This document shows positions 39,723 through 49,537 of a stretch of 64,000 nt of DNA, piece after piece. Source of the stretch: a virus; IMG/VR virus record IMGVR_UViG_3300044712_002068, positions 6,816 through 70,815 of that record. One strand, 5' to 3'. The notes below the pieces were generated by a model. The model searched no databases and was not told the DNA's origin. It worked only from the letters and a program-made list of their open reading frames with translations. Every line of letters begins with the position of its first letter. Position 1 is the stretch's first letter. A program made the position numbers and the translations under genes.

Positions 39723-40239
39723 TTTTTTAGACGTTAGAACGAGTGCAATGGTCGATCTTGAGAGCGGTGATCCTGGGGTTGCGATTGTTTTTGGGAATCA
39801 ATACGCTTACCTCGCAACGCCAGACGCAATGGATCACGGGCTTGACCTGATCACATCTGCGATCGCGTCTAAGTTTGACGCCCTGATTGTTGGATGGGCA
39901 GTCGAGCGACTAAAGATGTCTGCCAACGAAATTGATTCAATGATGAAGTTTGCCAGAACTGCACAAGCCCCAGACATTGGGATTGAGGCCGCACTAAAAC
40001 GCGATCGCGAGCGAGAGCAGGGGCGTAAATACATTGAGATGGGAATCGAACATATTTCGTTGGCTTACAGGTCAGATGTTGAAGCGCTCATATCTCAATA
40101 TTTGCTCAGCGAGTTGAACTATTCAGAGGGCACAGCACAGCAGGTTGTTCAGGAGCTGCGCGAAAAGAGCAAAGCAGCAGCATCTACGGTTGTTGATGAT
40201 CGGGCTGATGACGATAGCTATGAGGGCGATCGCCCATGA
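39715..40239 (+). CDS. Hypothetical protein
   Basis: Coupled ORF. Confidence 0.5.
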   Translation: MSDFLDVRTSAMVDLESGDPGVAIVFGNQYAYLATPDAMDHGLDLITSAIASKFDALIVGWAVERLKMSANEIDSMMKFARTAQAPDIGIEAALKRDREREQGRKYIEMGIEHISLAYRSDVEALISQYLLSELNYSEGTAQQVVQELREKSKAAASTVVDDRADDDSYEGDRP

Positions 40240-40490
40240 GCCTCAGAGTCGATCAATTCACAGCACACCTGGAATCTTTACCAGCAAGGGACACAGCGAC
40301 AGCGCTGATCCTGCTGGCGTGTCGAAAGCAGGATGAGAACATGCTCGCAGGGACGATGGTTTATTTTTCTCGCCAGTTTGGAACCCAGTATTGGGCTGAT
40401 CTACTTGTTGATGAAATTGAGCCACTTTTGAACGCAGAGGAATGCGCATGGATGTGGCAAACGGTCAACACGGGAGGCGATCGCCCATGA
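40236..40490 (+). CDS. Hypothetical protein
   Basis: ATGA-coupled ORF. Confidence 0.5.
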   Translation: MSLRVDQFTAHLESLPARDTATALILLACRKQDENMLAGTMVYFSRQFGTQYWADLLVDEIEPLLNAEECAWMWQTVNTGGDRP

Positions 40491-40682
40491 ACGCATACAT
40501 CAGACAAAAGGGGCTGTACAACGCCCTAGTCAAAAGCGGAGGCAGGCTCTACCGCTGGAACGTGACGCTTGGCCTATTGCCTCACTCAACTGTGATTGGA
40601 ATTGGGGCTTTTCCCGTGCTCGACCTAAGCCAACGACCCGACCTACAGCGAGAGATTGACCAAGCTGCAAAGCATTTGAGGG

Positions 40683-40955
40683 TTGACCATGACTGACATG
40701 TTTACCATCCCCGAAAAGGGCTCGCCTATGGATATCGCGAGAGATCTGGCCTACAGCCCATCTGTGCAGGCCGCGATCGCGGATCTGATGTGTACCTTGC
40801 GCAGCGAGGCCAAGCGGCTCGGCATCCCAGATTCAGCCATCACGCAGGCGATCGCCCTCGTCAACCGACAGGATATTCCGCTTGACGACCTGATCAGCAT
40901 GAAAGTCGAGGAGCGTTTCACCGATATTTTGACGCTGCTCAAGTCGAGCGGTTAG
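40683..40955 (+). CDS. Hypothetical protein
   Basis: Overlapping ORF. Confidence 0.45.
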   Translation: MTMTDMFTIPEKGSPMDIARDLAYSPSVQAAIADLMCTLRSEAKRLGIPDSAITQAIALVNRQDIPLDDLISMKVEERFTDILTLLKSSG

Positions 40956-41017
40956 CCGCTCGCCCCTAGTCAACTCACTTCAAATCAGGCAAACTAACTT
41001 AAGAGAGACTTGAAACG

Positions 41018-41377
41018 ATGGCAAGCACTTCAGATCTACAGCAGCAGGTTGAATTTCTGACTCAGGAGCACAAGCTTTTGAGAGAGGAGCTTGAGTGGAT
41101 GCGAATGATTGTCGGCACGGTCGGCATTGATGGCCCATGGGTAAGCCCAGCGATCGCGGGTACGGTGTTTGGTCGCAGTCGTGAAAGGGTTATGGCTGAT
41201 ATCAACCTGGCCGAGCAATTGCGAAACGGCAAGAAACAGCAGGTCAACTTTATTTATGGTGTTCACTACCGCAACGACCAGACCCATGATTCTGGACAGC
41301 CGACCTGGAAAGTTAACCTCCTTAAGTACTCTGAATACACCAGAATCCCGCCAGACCAGATCAGGGTCGCGTGCTAG
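41018..41377 (+). CDS. Putative excisionase/recombination directionality factor
   Basis: WVSPAIAG..FGRS wHTH-like, G.HY...WKVN wing; convergent with integrase. Confidence 0.55.
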   Translation: MASTSDLQQQVEFLTQEHKLLREELEWMRMIVGTVGIDGPWVSPAIAGTVFGRSRERVMADINLAEQLRNGKKQQVNFIYGVHYRNDQTHDSGQPTWKVNLLKYSEYTRIPPDQIRVAC

Positions 41378-42521
41378 TGCTCAGAATCTCTCGCAGCTTC
41401 ATTTCTTCAAAAATGGATTGCTGTTGCTTCTCACTGATAGCTTGATGGTAGGTTTTCGCATGGATCGATACGCTATGCCCTGCCCACCGTGCAGCCAGCG
41501 AATCAGGAACGCCCTTTACAGCCGTTCGGATACACCACGCATGTCTAAGAGCCTTGGGGCTGTGCCAGATGCCAAGTTGACGAAAGGCCGTTGTCACCTT
41601 TTCACCTAAGACGTTGTTGCTGTGACCATCGGGATCGATGCCAGGAAAGCGCACATCCCATAATTCAAACTGCGATCGCCAGCTAGGCAGGCAGGGATAC
41701 GTTAACCGTTGCCCGGTCTTAGTGTTGTTAAAAACTCGTAGCGCTTCAGTCTGTTCGGTGAACCGAGCCAAATCGAGGTTAAACAACTCTGATGGGCGAA
41801 TGCCATAGACCGCATAGATACCGTAGGCCCATCGCCACTCTGGATTTTTGATCGATTGCCAGGTTTCTAAAATTTGCTCGTCAGTGGGCAAATCATCAGG
41901 GTTTATAGGCTCGGCTTTATACCCTTGCTTCAATAGCTTTACCTCTACCTCAAACTGCTTGAGGTCGGCTGCATCTAATGCGCCAAGTCGCTGCATGAAT
42001 TGAGCCAGTCTGCGGTAAGACATGCAATAAAACTCACGGTTTCGGCTCGCAGGCTCCGATCGATTTTCAATCGTTTCCTTCATGAGCGTGAGTGTGAGCG
42101 GTGCAGACTGAGGCAGTTTCTGAAAGTAGAGCCAGTAATTTTTATGATAGGAATTTTCTTTGTTTGGGTCTTTCTTTGTGTGACTCCAATGATCGGCAGT
42201 GTAGCGCTCAATCCACTCTGCAACTGTCTCAGGTGGCTTGTGTTTTCCCTTTAGCCATGGCGACCATTCAAATTTTCCATCCAATATCTGAGCATCAATC
42301 AGTTTGACCCGTTTGGCGATCGCGCTGAGTCCTGATGCCGACGCACTGACGCCGAGTGCAAGCTCATGCCGTTTAACAGCACTATCACCCGGTCTAATCG
42401 GCAGATGACTGGAACGCAGGTACAGACGCCCATCTTTGGCGCGAATGTCGCACTTTTCAAGGGATTGATTGATCTGGGCTATCCGCTCGGCTAGATCCAC
42501 GTCTCCCCAATTTCTCCCCAA
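41361..42521 (-). CDS. int: Tyrosine integrase
   Basis: YGIRPSE, KTG.R, LRHAW, AGHS..IH..TY catalytic residues; adjacent to attP. Confidence 0.92.
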   Translation of the reverse strand: MGRNWGDVDLAERIAQINQSLEKCDIRAKDGRLYLRSSHLPIRPGDSAVKRHELALGVSASASGLSAIAKRVKLIDAQILDGKFEWSPWLKGKHKPPETVAEWIERYTADHWSHTKKDPNKENSYHKNYWLYFQKLPQSAPLTLTLMKETIENRSEPASRNREFYCMSYRRLAQFMQRLGALDAADLKQFEVEVKLLKQGYKAEPINPDDLPTDEQILETWQSIKNPEWRWAYGIYAVYGIRPSELFNLDLARFTEQTEALRVFNNTKTGQRLTYPCLPSWRSQFELWDVRFPGIDPDGHSNNVLGEKVTTAFRQLGIWHSPKALRHAWCIRTAVKGVPDSLAARWAGHSVSIHAKTYHQAISEKQQQSIFEEMKLREILSTSTRP

Positions 42522-42776
42522 TATCTCCCCAGAATTATCGCATCTCAGCCCAGAAAATCTAACTTGAGTGAGTCAAAAAAGAAATCTAGGCGAGGGGCGA
42601 CAATCGGCTAAAAGCCTTTTAGGGGCTGGAACGGAGAGGGAGGGATTCGAACCCTCGGTACGGTCTTACGATTCGTACAACAGATTAGCAATCTGCCGTG
42701 TTAACTGCGAGAGCCTTTATTTGCAAGAGTTTTCAGGATCAATTATTTTCAGTTCCCCTATTTCTCCCCAGTTGGG
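42502..42776. other. attP region with arm-type repeats flanking the core
   Basis: TCTCCCCA repeats at 42502-42531 and 42753-42770 on either side of the tRNA-identical core. Confidence 0.7.
42632..42698 (-). tRNA. Partial tRNA-Ser(GCT), 3' 67 nt only; att core, not a functional tRNA
   Basis: Minus strand: GCAGATTGCTAATCTGT anticodon arm, long variable arm, GGTTCGAATCC T-arm, CTCTCCG acceptor 3' strand; 5' acceptor strand and D-arm absent. Confidence 0.88.
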
Positions 42777-42849
42777 TGACCGCAGTTTTTACAGGCTTTG
42801 CTGCGCTGAGATAGGGTGAGTAAATATCAAACCACAAAAAAGCGACCGC

Positions 42850-44193
42850 TTGACATCCTCCCCTGCCTGAAGGCGAGGGGATTCCTAAGACTCACGACTT
42901 AGGTTTCTGTTTCATAGCACTTGCCTTCCGAGATTTGCTCTCTTCGGGTCTTATAGTCGCTCCACAGACTAACACTGCCTGTCCAGCAGCTAAATGGTTT
43001 TTAGCAGCATTCACATCTCGGTCATGGTGAGCATTGCATTTAGGACAATCCCATTCACGAATATTGAGCGGAAGCTTTTCAACAACATGCCCACAACACG
43101 AACACGTTTTAGAACCAGGGAACCAGCGGTCAAGCTGGATAAAAGTGCGTCCATGCCAACTAGCCTTGTAGGCCAGTTGGCGGGTCAGCTCACCCCATCC
43201 AGCATCGGATATGGAACGCGCCAACTTCCGGTTTTTGACCATGTTTTTCACTGCCAACGACTCAGCGACGATGGTTTGGTTTTCTCTCACCAATCGCGTT
43301 GTCAGTTTGTGCAGGAAATCTTGACGAGAATCTTTAATCTGCGCATGGATACGCGCCACTTTGAGCCGTGCTTTATCTCGGTTCCGAGAGCCCTTAGTCT
43401 TGCGGCTAAGCGCTTTCTGGGCACGTCTGAGCTTTTTGTAAAGTCGGTTAAAGTGCTTGGGGTTAGCAACCTTCTCACCATCACTGGTTGTAACCAGACT
43501 GGTGATACCGGCATCAATCCCGATCGCTCTGTCAACCCTTGGCAATGGCTCAATAGTGGGGTCATCCACCAACAGAGAAACAGTCCACCTTCCCGATGGC
43601 TCAAGCCTCACTGTGATAGTGGAAGGCTCAACATCCCTAGGCAGTGTACGGCTCCATCGAATCGGCAAAGCCTCGGAGCACTTAGCCAAAAACACCTGTC
43701 CATCTTTCCAGCGGAAAGCAGAGCGGGTAAACTCTGCACTGCCACCATTGCGCTTCTTTTTAAAGTTGGGATGCTTCGCTCTACCTGCCCAGAAATTGGT
43801 AAATGCAGTTTGCAGATGCCTCAATCCCTGTTGCAGCGGAACGCAGCTAACCTCATTCAAAAAGCTCAAGCTCTCGTCTTTTTTCCAGCCAGTCAACATC
43901 GAAGACGATTGGTTATATCCAATCCGCTCTTGATGCTGATACCACGCCTCCGTCCTCGCTGCCAACGCCCGGTTATACACTAAACGCACACAGCCAAGAG
44001 TCCGTCTCAGCAAGGTTTCTTGCTCAGTGGTTGGATAAAAACGAAACTTGTAAGCGCGTTCTGTCATGCTTCACAGTCTAACATTTGCTTTGTGAAGTTA
44101 GTACAAATGTTTGGTGATTTCACGGTATTGAACCACTCAATCACCGCCCCTATCCCTCACTGCCATTCATGACAGGGTCTCCCGGAGATAACG
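42850..44193 (-). mobile_element. IS200/IS605-family (IS1341-type, tnpB only) element
   Basis: Right-end hairpin GAATCCCCTCGCCTTCAGGCAGGGGAGGATGTCAA; left-end hairpin near 44150-44193 preceded by TTCAT. Confidence 0.75.
42892..44067 (-). CDS. tnpB: RNA-guided endonuclease TnpB
   Basis: AYKFRFYPT, GIDAG RuvC-I, ESL RuvC-II, CSCCG/CPKC zinc finger, DRDVNAA RuvC-III. Confidence 0.95.
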   Translation of the reverse strand: MTERAYKFRFYPTTEQETLLRRTLGCVRLVYNRALAARTEAWYQHQERIGYNQSSSMLTGWKKDESLSFLNEVSCVPLQQGLRHLQTAFTNFWAGRAKHPNFKKKRNGGSAEFTRSAFRWKDGQVFLAKCSEALPIRWSRTLPRDVEPSTITVRLEPSGRWTVSLLVDDPTIEPLPRVDRAIGIDAGITSLVTTSDGEKVANPKHFNRLYKKLRRAQKALSRKTKGSRNRDKARLKVARIHAQIKDSRQDFLHKLTTRLVRENQTIVAESLAVKNMVKNRKLARSISDAGWGELTRQLAYKASWHGRTFIQLDRWFPGSKTCSCCGHVVEKLPLNIREWDCPKCNAHHDRDVNAAKNHLAAGQAVLVCGATIRPEESKSRKASAMKQKPKS

Positions 44194-44439
44194 ATGAAGC
44201 AGTGAAAAGGGGCGATCGCGAGCCAGGTTTTAAGTCTGTTTTGATGGATAAAATATGAATGGCGATCGCCACCGCTGTTCTAAAATCACCCAACTGCTAA
44301 CGCTAGGCTCATGGCAGCCATCCCTATGGCTCAACCGGGAGGAGGTACGGGGTATGACAATAACCCAAGTTGAGAAAATCGGTCACAGCAGGCGATCGCC
44401 GCCCCTAGAATAAAAGTCAACCATTGTTCTAGGGGCGGG

Positions 44440-44802
44440 TTAAGTATCATCCGTGGGTGGCTGAAAGGGTGGGGGGATTGCCTCAACAAAGTGCAGTGAG
44501 GTCAGCAGGCCAAACGCATACCCATAGGCTAGGGGGTCACTGAGGGTCGCCGCTGGAATCAGTAACTTGCCTCCGATCGTCTGAGGCACGATCTTAAACG
44601 CTCGGTCTAGATTGAGGTCTGCTAGTTCCGGCAGTTGCTCAAGCGGCAGCTCTAGCCACCAATTTTCAATCAAACTGCGCTGCTCTGAGTCGAATTCTCG
44701 ATTGAGTTGAAAAAAGTCTCGCAGAAACTGCTGCGCGTCTGGCTCCAAGTCGTTGAAGCTCAGCGGAGTCGAGCGCATTGTAGACAAGATGGTTTCGATC
44801 AT
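44440..44802 (-). CDS. Hypothetical acidic protein
   Basis: Coupled to upstream gene. Confidence 0.5.
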   Translation of the reverse strand: MIETILSTMRSTPLSFNDLEPDAQQFLRDFFQLNREFDSEQRSLIENWWLELPLEQLPELADLNLDRAFKIVPQTIGGKLLIPAATLSDPLAYGYAFGLLTSLHFVEAIPPPFQPPTDDT

Positions 44803-45653
44803 TAGGGGGCTCCTACTCTGGCGATCGCTAGGTTGAAATTTCGCACGGCATTGTAAAGCAGTGCTATTTCGGCGTTGCCCACTCCTGCTAGTCCGTCAGT
44901 CAGTGCGCACGCAAACACTCGGGCTGTGTTCAGCATGTTTCCGTCAGGCGCTCCGTTGTTGTTTCTCGCTAGATAGTATGGCGCAAGGGTAATGGGCGTT
45001 TGGGTACGACTTACGGTGCTTGATATAATCTCTGTTGCGTTTCTGTAGATACCTATGGCATTTGAAGACGGAGATTGCAGCGATAATGCACCATCGCCGC
45101 TCACCCCAGGATAGGAAAGCAGCACTCCATCGGAAACATTATCGCAGCGTCCTTGAAGTGTTCCGTTTGCGTTTGTGAGTCGATAAGTGTAGGTTGATCC
45201 TGCGTCGATACTTCCGCCTAGCATCCAGTATTGAGCTGGGTCAATTAACCCAGTGCCATACAGAAAGATCCCACAATTGCTTGTGTTAACGCCTGTCATG
45301 CCGATGTTTGAGGCGATCGCCCTGCCTGAACCAGGGGCTAGGCCGTTCGATTCGCTGTAGTCGCCTGCCACGATATTGATCAGCGTTGCATCAGGGCCGT
45401 AGGCTGCGGTTCGAGCTGCGCTGAGATTCCCACCGCAAAGCAGTAGCAACTGTCTGATTTTGCTTGCAATCGGTTCTAGGGGCAAGAAAACGAACTCGTC
45501 CGCAGCGGCTAGGGTTGGGTCGCTGATGCTGCCGCCATTGGCCAAAATCGCAGCTTTCCAGGCAATAGCGCGATCGCTCAAATTACTGGCTGATCCAGAC
45601 TGTAAAACAGCGCTGTTACCTATTTGGCTCAGCGGCACGGCTCCAATCATCAT
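44802..45653 (-). CDS. Lectin/LamG-like virion protein
   Basis: W.AAI.ANGG.IS start; Gly/Asn/Ser-rich beta sandwich ending LY.AV..F. Confidence 0.5.
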   Translation of the reverse strand: MMIGAVPLSQIGNSAVLQSGSASNLSDRAIAWKAAILANGGSISDPTLAAADEFVFLPLEPIASKIRQLLLLCGGNLSAARTAAYGPDATLINIVAGDYSESNGLAPGSGRAIASNIGMTGVNTSNCGIFLYGTGLIDPAQYWMLGGSIDAGSTYTYRLTNANGTLQGRCDNVSDGVLLSYPGVSGDGALSLQSPSSNAIGIYRNATEIISSTVSRTQTPITLAPYYLARNNNGAPDGNMLNTARVFACALTDGLAGVGNAEIALLYNAVRNFNLAIARVGAP

Positions 45654-46093
45654 GCTGCTTTCCTCTTGGCGACATTGAACCGACCGGAGAGCACATCCCC
45701 CGCACCGTCAACATTGTTGAGGTCAATCACCCGCATTCGATGGTCATCAGGGATGATTACCGGCGAAATGGGCACGGTGATCAGGTCGCCTTTTGCCTCG
45801 CTCGCCTCTGGCAGGCCAATGCCGAACGAATAGTAACGGGTCTGGCTGGCAGTCTGCAGAACCCCACTCGGGCACCTGAGAAAACTAGAGCCTGCATTCA
45901 CGTTATCCGCTGTAAATGCCAGCCTGCGATCGCCATTTGTGGCACTGGTGATGTATTTTACGAATCCGCCTAAGATTTGATAGTAGTAGTCATCTGGCAC
46001 GTCGATCGTGAGGACGTGAGAGGAAAAGATCCCATCAATGATCGTTGACTGCCAGTTTCCAGACTGATAAATCAGACCCTCAAAACTTCCCAT
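45650..46093 (-). CDS. Small beta-rich putative virion protein
   Basis: Composition and operon context. Confidence 0.45.
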   Translation of the reverse strand: MGSFEGLIYQSGNWQSTIIDGIFSSHVLTIDVPDDYYYQILGGFVKYITSATNGDRRLAFTADNVNAGSSFLRCPSGVLQTASQTRYYSFGIGLPEASEAKGDLITVPISPVIIPDDHRMRVIDLNNVDGAGDVLSGRFNVAKRKAA

Positions 46094-46131
46094 AAACCCT
46101 CTGCCTATTTTCTACAGGGTTCCCGCAGGGC

Positions 46132-46467
46132 TCAGGCGTCGGTTTGCGGCTCCCCAAAATAAACAACGATATCGCCCCTAACCGGAAACTTTACCGACCC
46201 GTCTGGATAGACCCGTTTGAGGGTGTGGGTATAGCGCACGCTGGGCACCAGCCGGATCGAGTCGGCTTTTGGCAGCGACACAATCAGGTCGCCGGTCTGG
46301 TCGGCCAGCTCGCACGTAAAGGAGGCGATCGCAGTCCCCAAAAAATTGAGTATTTCCGATGTGAATGTGCTGCCGGTTAGATCCTCCGGCTGTCCATCTG
46401 GGGTTTTGAAACTCAGGGTCGTGCTGTAGTCCTCACCTGAGATGATCGTGTGTCGATAGTTGCCCAT
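46132..46467 (-). CDS. BppU-like baseplate/fibre adaptor protein
   Basis: ISGEDY...P.DLTG.TF..EI...G.L.VSL...Y..TL...G.V...VRG.I.V. Confidence 0.55.
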   Translation of the reverse strand: MGNYRHTIISGEDYSTTLSFKTPDGQPEDLTGSTFTSEILNFLGTAIASFTCELADQTGDLIVSLPKADSIRLVPSVRYTHTLKRVYPDGSVKFPVRGDIVVYFGEPQTDA

Positions 46468-46621
46468 GGTTTGCTCTAGCGCATGATAGTAGTATTCCCG
46501 TGCCATTGTTCTAGGGGCGAAATCCGACATTTCCGACAGTAGGGCAAGAATTTGTGTCGGATCACTTGGGAACTCTGAGCACAGCAGCGTTTTTACTGCA
46601 AGATATTGGGCGATCGCCACT

Positions 46622-47281
46622 ATGGTCAGACGAACAAAATACACGCCTGAGAACGTGCAAAAAATACTCGATACGATGGCTCAAACCGGCTCAGACGGCA
46701 GCAGCGCCAAGGCTGGAACAATCAGCCGAGATACGCTCTATGCGTGGATCAATAGATATCCTGAGTTTGCTGAGCAAGTCAGTCAAGCTAAGGCAGAGTA
46801 TCGAGAGACTTGCCCTGAAGTGCTGGTGAGGCAGGCTAACAAGGCGTTTTCTGACTACCTGTATGGCCGAATGGAAAAGGTTGTGAGAATCACCAAAAAA
46901 GGAACGACAAGCCGAGGGGATGGCGAGATCGGCTATGAGGAGGAAGTGATCCAGCGCGTTCCGGTGGGGGTGCCTCGCTGGGCTATTGAGCGAGTGTTGG
47001 GCAAGCCAATGGATGTTTTGGAGGCTGCTAAAACATTCGCTGAGGCTGGAATCCTTCCCCATTGGATTGTGCAGCGAATCGCTGAAGAAATCGAAGGGGC
47101 TAAGAAGGGCATCAGGAACGCTTTTGAAGGTGTTTTGCCTGATGCTGACTTTAGAGCGGAAAAGCCCGGTCTATCGCCGCAGACCGCCGCAGCAATCAGG
47201 GCTCATGTTTTGGGCATTGACTTGGCTCAGCAAAACAATTTAGACGACTCAAAGCCTTTGACAGAGGAGGTTTCACGGTAA
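46622..47281 (+). CDS. terS: Terminase small subunit
   Basis: RRTKYTPE..Q.I...A..AG.IS..TLY.W...YPEF.E; upstream of large subunit. Confidence 0.7.
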   Translation: MVRRTKYTPENVQKILDTMAQTGSDGSSAKAGTISRDTLYAWINRYPEFAEQVSQAKAEYRETCPEVLVRQANKAFSDYLYGRMEKVVRITKKGTTSRGDGEIGYEEEVIQRVPVGVPRWAIERVLGKPMDVLEAAKTFAEAGILPHWIVQRIAEEIEGAKKGIRNAFEGVLPDADFRAEKPGLSPQTAAAIRAHVLGIDLAQQNNLDDSKPLTEEVSR

Positions 47282-47356
47282 AATTAAAGATAGCAATGCC
47301 TCTCGCGAGCTGGTAACTCCAGAGGCTCTAACCCTTGGCAAGAAGGATCAGCAAAA

Positions 47357-48091
47357 TTGATGATAGAGCACTTTGATGCTGCAAAGTATTTCCTTGGAAA
47401 GCTTTGCAAATACGGTCACGAATGGAATGAATCGGGTCAATCACTTCGCACCCTAGCAAATCGTTCATGCTATCAGTGCTGCTTACTTGCATCACAGCGA
47501 TGGAAACAACGCAATCCTGAGAAAACTCAGGAATATAGCCGCGAACAGTGGGGAAAGAATCCACGCAAGCGATCGCCTGAATACTATCGTGATTACTACA
47601 GGCGAAATGCAGAGGGCTATAAACGCCGGAATGCAAAGTACAGAGCCAAGCGTTCAACGGGCTTTGTTGAGGGTGTGAGGCGATACTCTCAACTGCACTG
47701 GAAAGAGCAGTATTTGAAGCATAGAGATGAGGTTCACGCTTACCGGAGGCAACGACGGGCCAAATCAAGAGGGGTGAGAGTGGAGCCCTACACAGCGCAG
47801 GATCTTGGCGATCGCCTTAAGTTGTTTGGGGGCAAGTGTGCATACTGTCAGCAGTTGCTTGATTCGGCAGGCGAGCCACACTGGGATCATGTTGTGCCCA
47901 TTTTAAGGAATGGGGTAGATGGGCTTTCCAACCTTGTGCCATCGTGTAAGCATTGCAATTGCCGTAAATGGGCGCATGACGCCTATGCATGGTACTCAAG
48001 ACAGCCGTTTTTCTCTCGTGAGCAATGGCAGCTAATCAATGAAGCTTGCAGCTATCCATCGGAGCATCAGCAAAAGCCTATTAGCGAGTGA
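47357..48091 (+). CDS. HNH endonuclease
   Basis: GKLCKYGH N-terminus; CAYC...HWDHVVP...G...SNLVPSC.HCN..K. Confidence 0.88.
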   Translation: MMIEHFDAAKYFLGKLCKYGHEWNESGQSLRTLANRSCYQCCLLASQRWKQRNPEKTQEYSREQWGKNPRKRSPEYYRDYYRRNAEGYKRRNAKYRAKRSTGFVEGVRRYSQLHWKEQYLKHRDEVHAYRRQRRAKSRGVRVEPYTAQDLGDRLKLFGGKCAYCQQLLDSAGEPHWDHVVPILRNGVDGLSNLVPSCKHCNCRKWAHDAYAWYSRQPFFSREQWQLINEACSYPSEHQQKPISE

Positions 48092-49466
48092 TGACGGTCG
48101 AGGCACAGGAGGCGATCGCCTGCTCATGCCCGATGGGGTTGACTGGCGAGCGATGCCACCGGCGTTGATGCCCTATCAGCAGCGGTGGGTATCGGATGAC
48201 TCGCCTATCAAAATCTGTGAGAAGTCCAGACGGGTCGGTCTGACATGGGCCGAGGCTTGTGATTGCGTGTTAGATGCTGCCAGCGCTGGGGGCAGGAGCG
48301 TGATCTATGTCTCGTATAACTTCGACATGACTGAGAACTTTATTCGAGATTGCGAGTTTTGGGCGAAAGCCTTTAAGCTCGCAGCGTCTGAGGTTGAGGA
48401 GGTCATGCTCGAAGATGAGCAAATTCTCGCCTATCAGATCCGGTTTTCATCGGGCAACACCATAAAGGCTCTGTCAGGCAAACCGAACAACATTCGAGGC
48501 AAGCAGGCGCGTGTCGTGATTGATGAGGCCGCATTCTGTGACAATCTAGCGGGTCTGGTCAAGGCTGCGATCGCCCTGCTGATGTGGGGTGGCAGGATTT
48601 CGATCATCTCGTCTCACAATGGCGTTGATAACCCGTTTAACCTGCTGATTGAAGCGGTTAAGGCTGGCGAGCTGACCTACTCACGGCATCGAATCACGCT
48701 AGATGATGCGCTGATTGATGGGCTCTATGAGCGTATCTGTCTAACCCAAGGCCAAAAGTGGAGCCCAGACGCAGAGGACGAATGGCGATCGCAGCTATAC
48801 CGAGACTATGGCATTGATGCAGAGGAAGAACTCGACTGCATACCGTTCAAAGCTCGGCCCGGTGGCGTGTTTAATCGCGACTGGTTTGAGGTGGTTGATT
48901 CTATCCCCAATGGGGGCACCGAGTGCCGATTCTGGGATATGGCCGCCACAGCTCAAGAGCAGAACAGTGAGGCGTGTCTAACCTCTGGCGTGCGGATGAA
49001 GCGGATCGGCAATATCTACTATATTGGCCACGTTGATGCTGAGCGACTAGGGCCAGCAGAGGGTGACGATCGCATCGTTAGCTGCGCCCAGCAGGATGGG
49101 CGGTTTTGCATGGTCAGGTGGGAAAAGGAGGGGGGTAGCGCTGGCCCCAAGGTCGATGCATACCTTAAGGCTCGTCTGGCAGGGTTTAACGCCACGGGCA
49201 TCAAGCCGCTGGGGGATAAGCTGCTGAGAGCCAAACCATTCGCCTCAGAATGCAAGCGAGGCAACGTGAAAGTATTAAGAGCCGACTGGACAGACCAGTA
49301 TTTAGACTGGCTCCATGCGTTTGACGGGCTATCAGGCAAGGGCAAGATTAACGACCCGATCGACGCCAGCAGCGGAGCCTACAGCGTATTGAAGGAGACG
49401 ATCGATCGGGTTGAGTTTGCCACGACCGGACGCAAGCGGATCGCCTCACAAATGAAGGGGTATTGA
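48039..49466 (+). CDS. terL: Terminase large subunit (Mu gp28-like ATPase plus RNase H-like nuclease)
   Basis: LMPYQQRW, EKSRRVGLTW, IRGKQARVVIDEAAF, WDMAA, DPIDASSGA. Confidence 0.92.
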   Translation: MKLAAIHRSISKSLLASDDGRGTGGDRLLMPDGVDWRAMPPALMPYQQRWVSDDSPIKICEKSRRVGLTWAEACDCVLDAASAGGRSVIYVSYNFDMTENFIRDCEFWAKAFKLAASEVEEVMLEDEQILAYQIRFSSGNTIKALSGKPNNIRGKQARVVIDEAAFCDNLAGLVKAAIALLMWGGRISIISSHNGVDNPFNLLIEAVKAGELTYSRHRITLDDALIDGLYERICLTQGQKWSPDAEDEWRSQLYRDYGIDAEEELDCIPFKARPGGVFNRDWFEVVDSIPNGGTECRFWDMAATAQEQNSEACLTSGVRMKRIGNIYYIGHVDAERLGPAEGDDRIVSCAQQDGRFCMVRWEKEGGSAGPKVDAYLKARLAGFNATGIKPLGDKLLRAKPFASECKRGNVKVLRADWTDQYLDWLHAFDGLSGKGKINDPIDASSGAYSVLKETIDRVEFATTGRKRIASQMKGY

Positions 49467-49471
49467 CCCAG

Positions 49472-49509
49472 TTCTTACTCTTGACAAGAGTAAGAATGTC
49501 TCTTATATT
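49472..49509 (+). promoter_or_regulatory. Strong sigma70 promoter with palindromic operator over -35
   Basis: TTGACA-17-TATATT; inverted repeat TTCTTACTCTTG-A-CAAGAGTAAGAA. Confidence 0.8.
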
Positions 49510-49537
49510 GGGTGAATACCACTCGGGGGACAAGGGC

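Noticed and set aside
42632-42698. Functional tRNA-Ser gene
   Set aside because: 5' acceptor strand and D-arm are missing; interpreted as the att core.
42994-43983. 329-aa plus-strand ORF antisense to tnpB
   Set aside because: No recognisable motifs; reads as a shadow frame of tnpB, unlike the intein antisense ORF, which has domain signatures.
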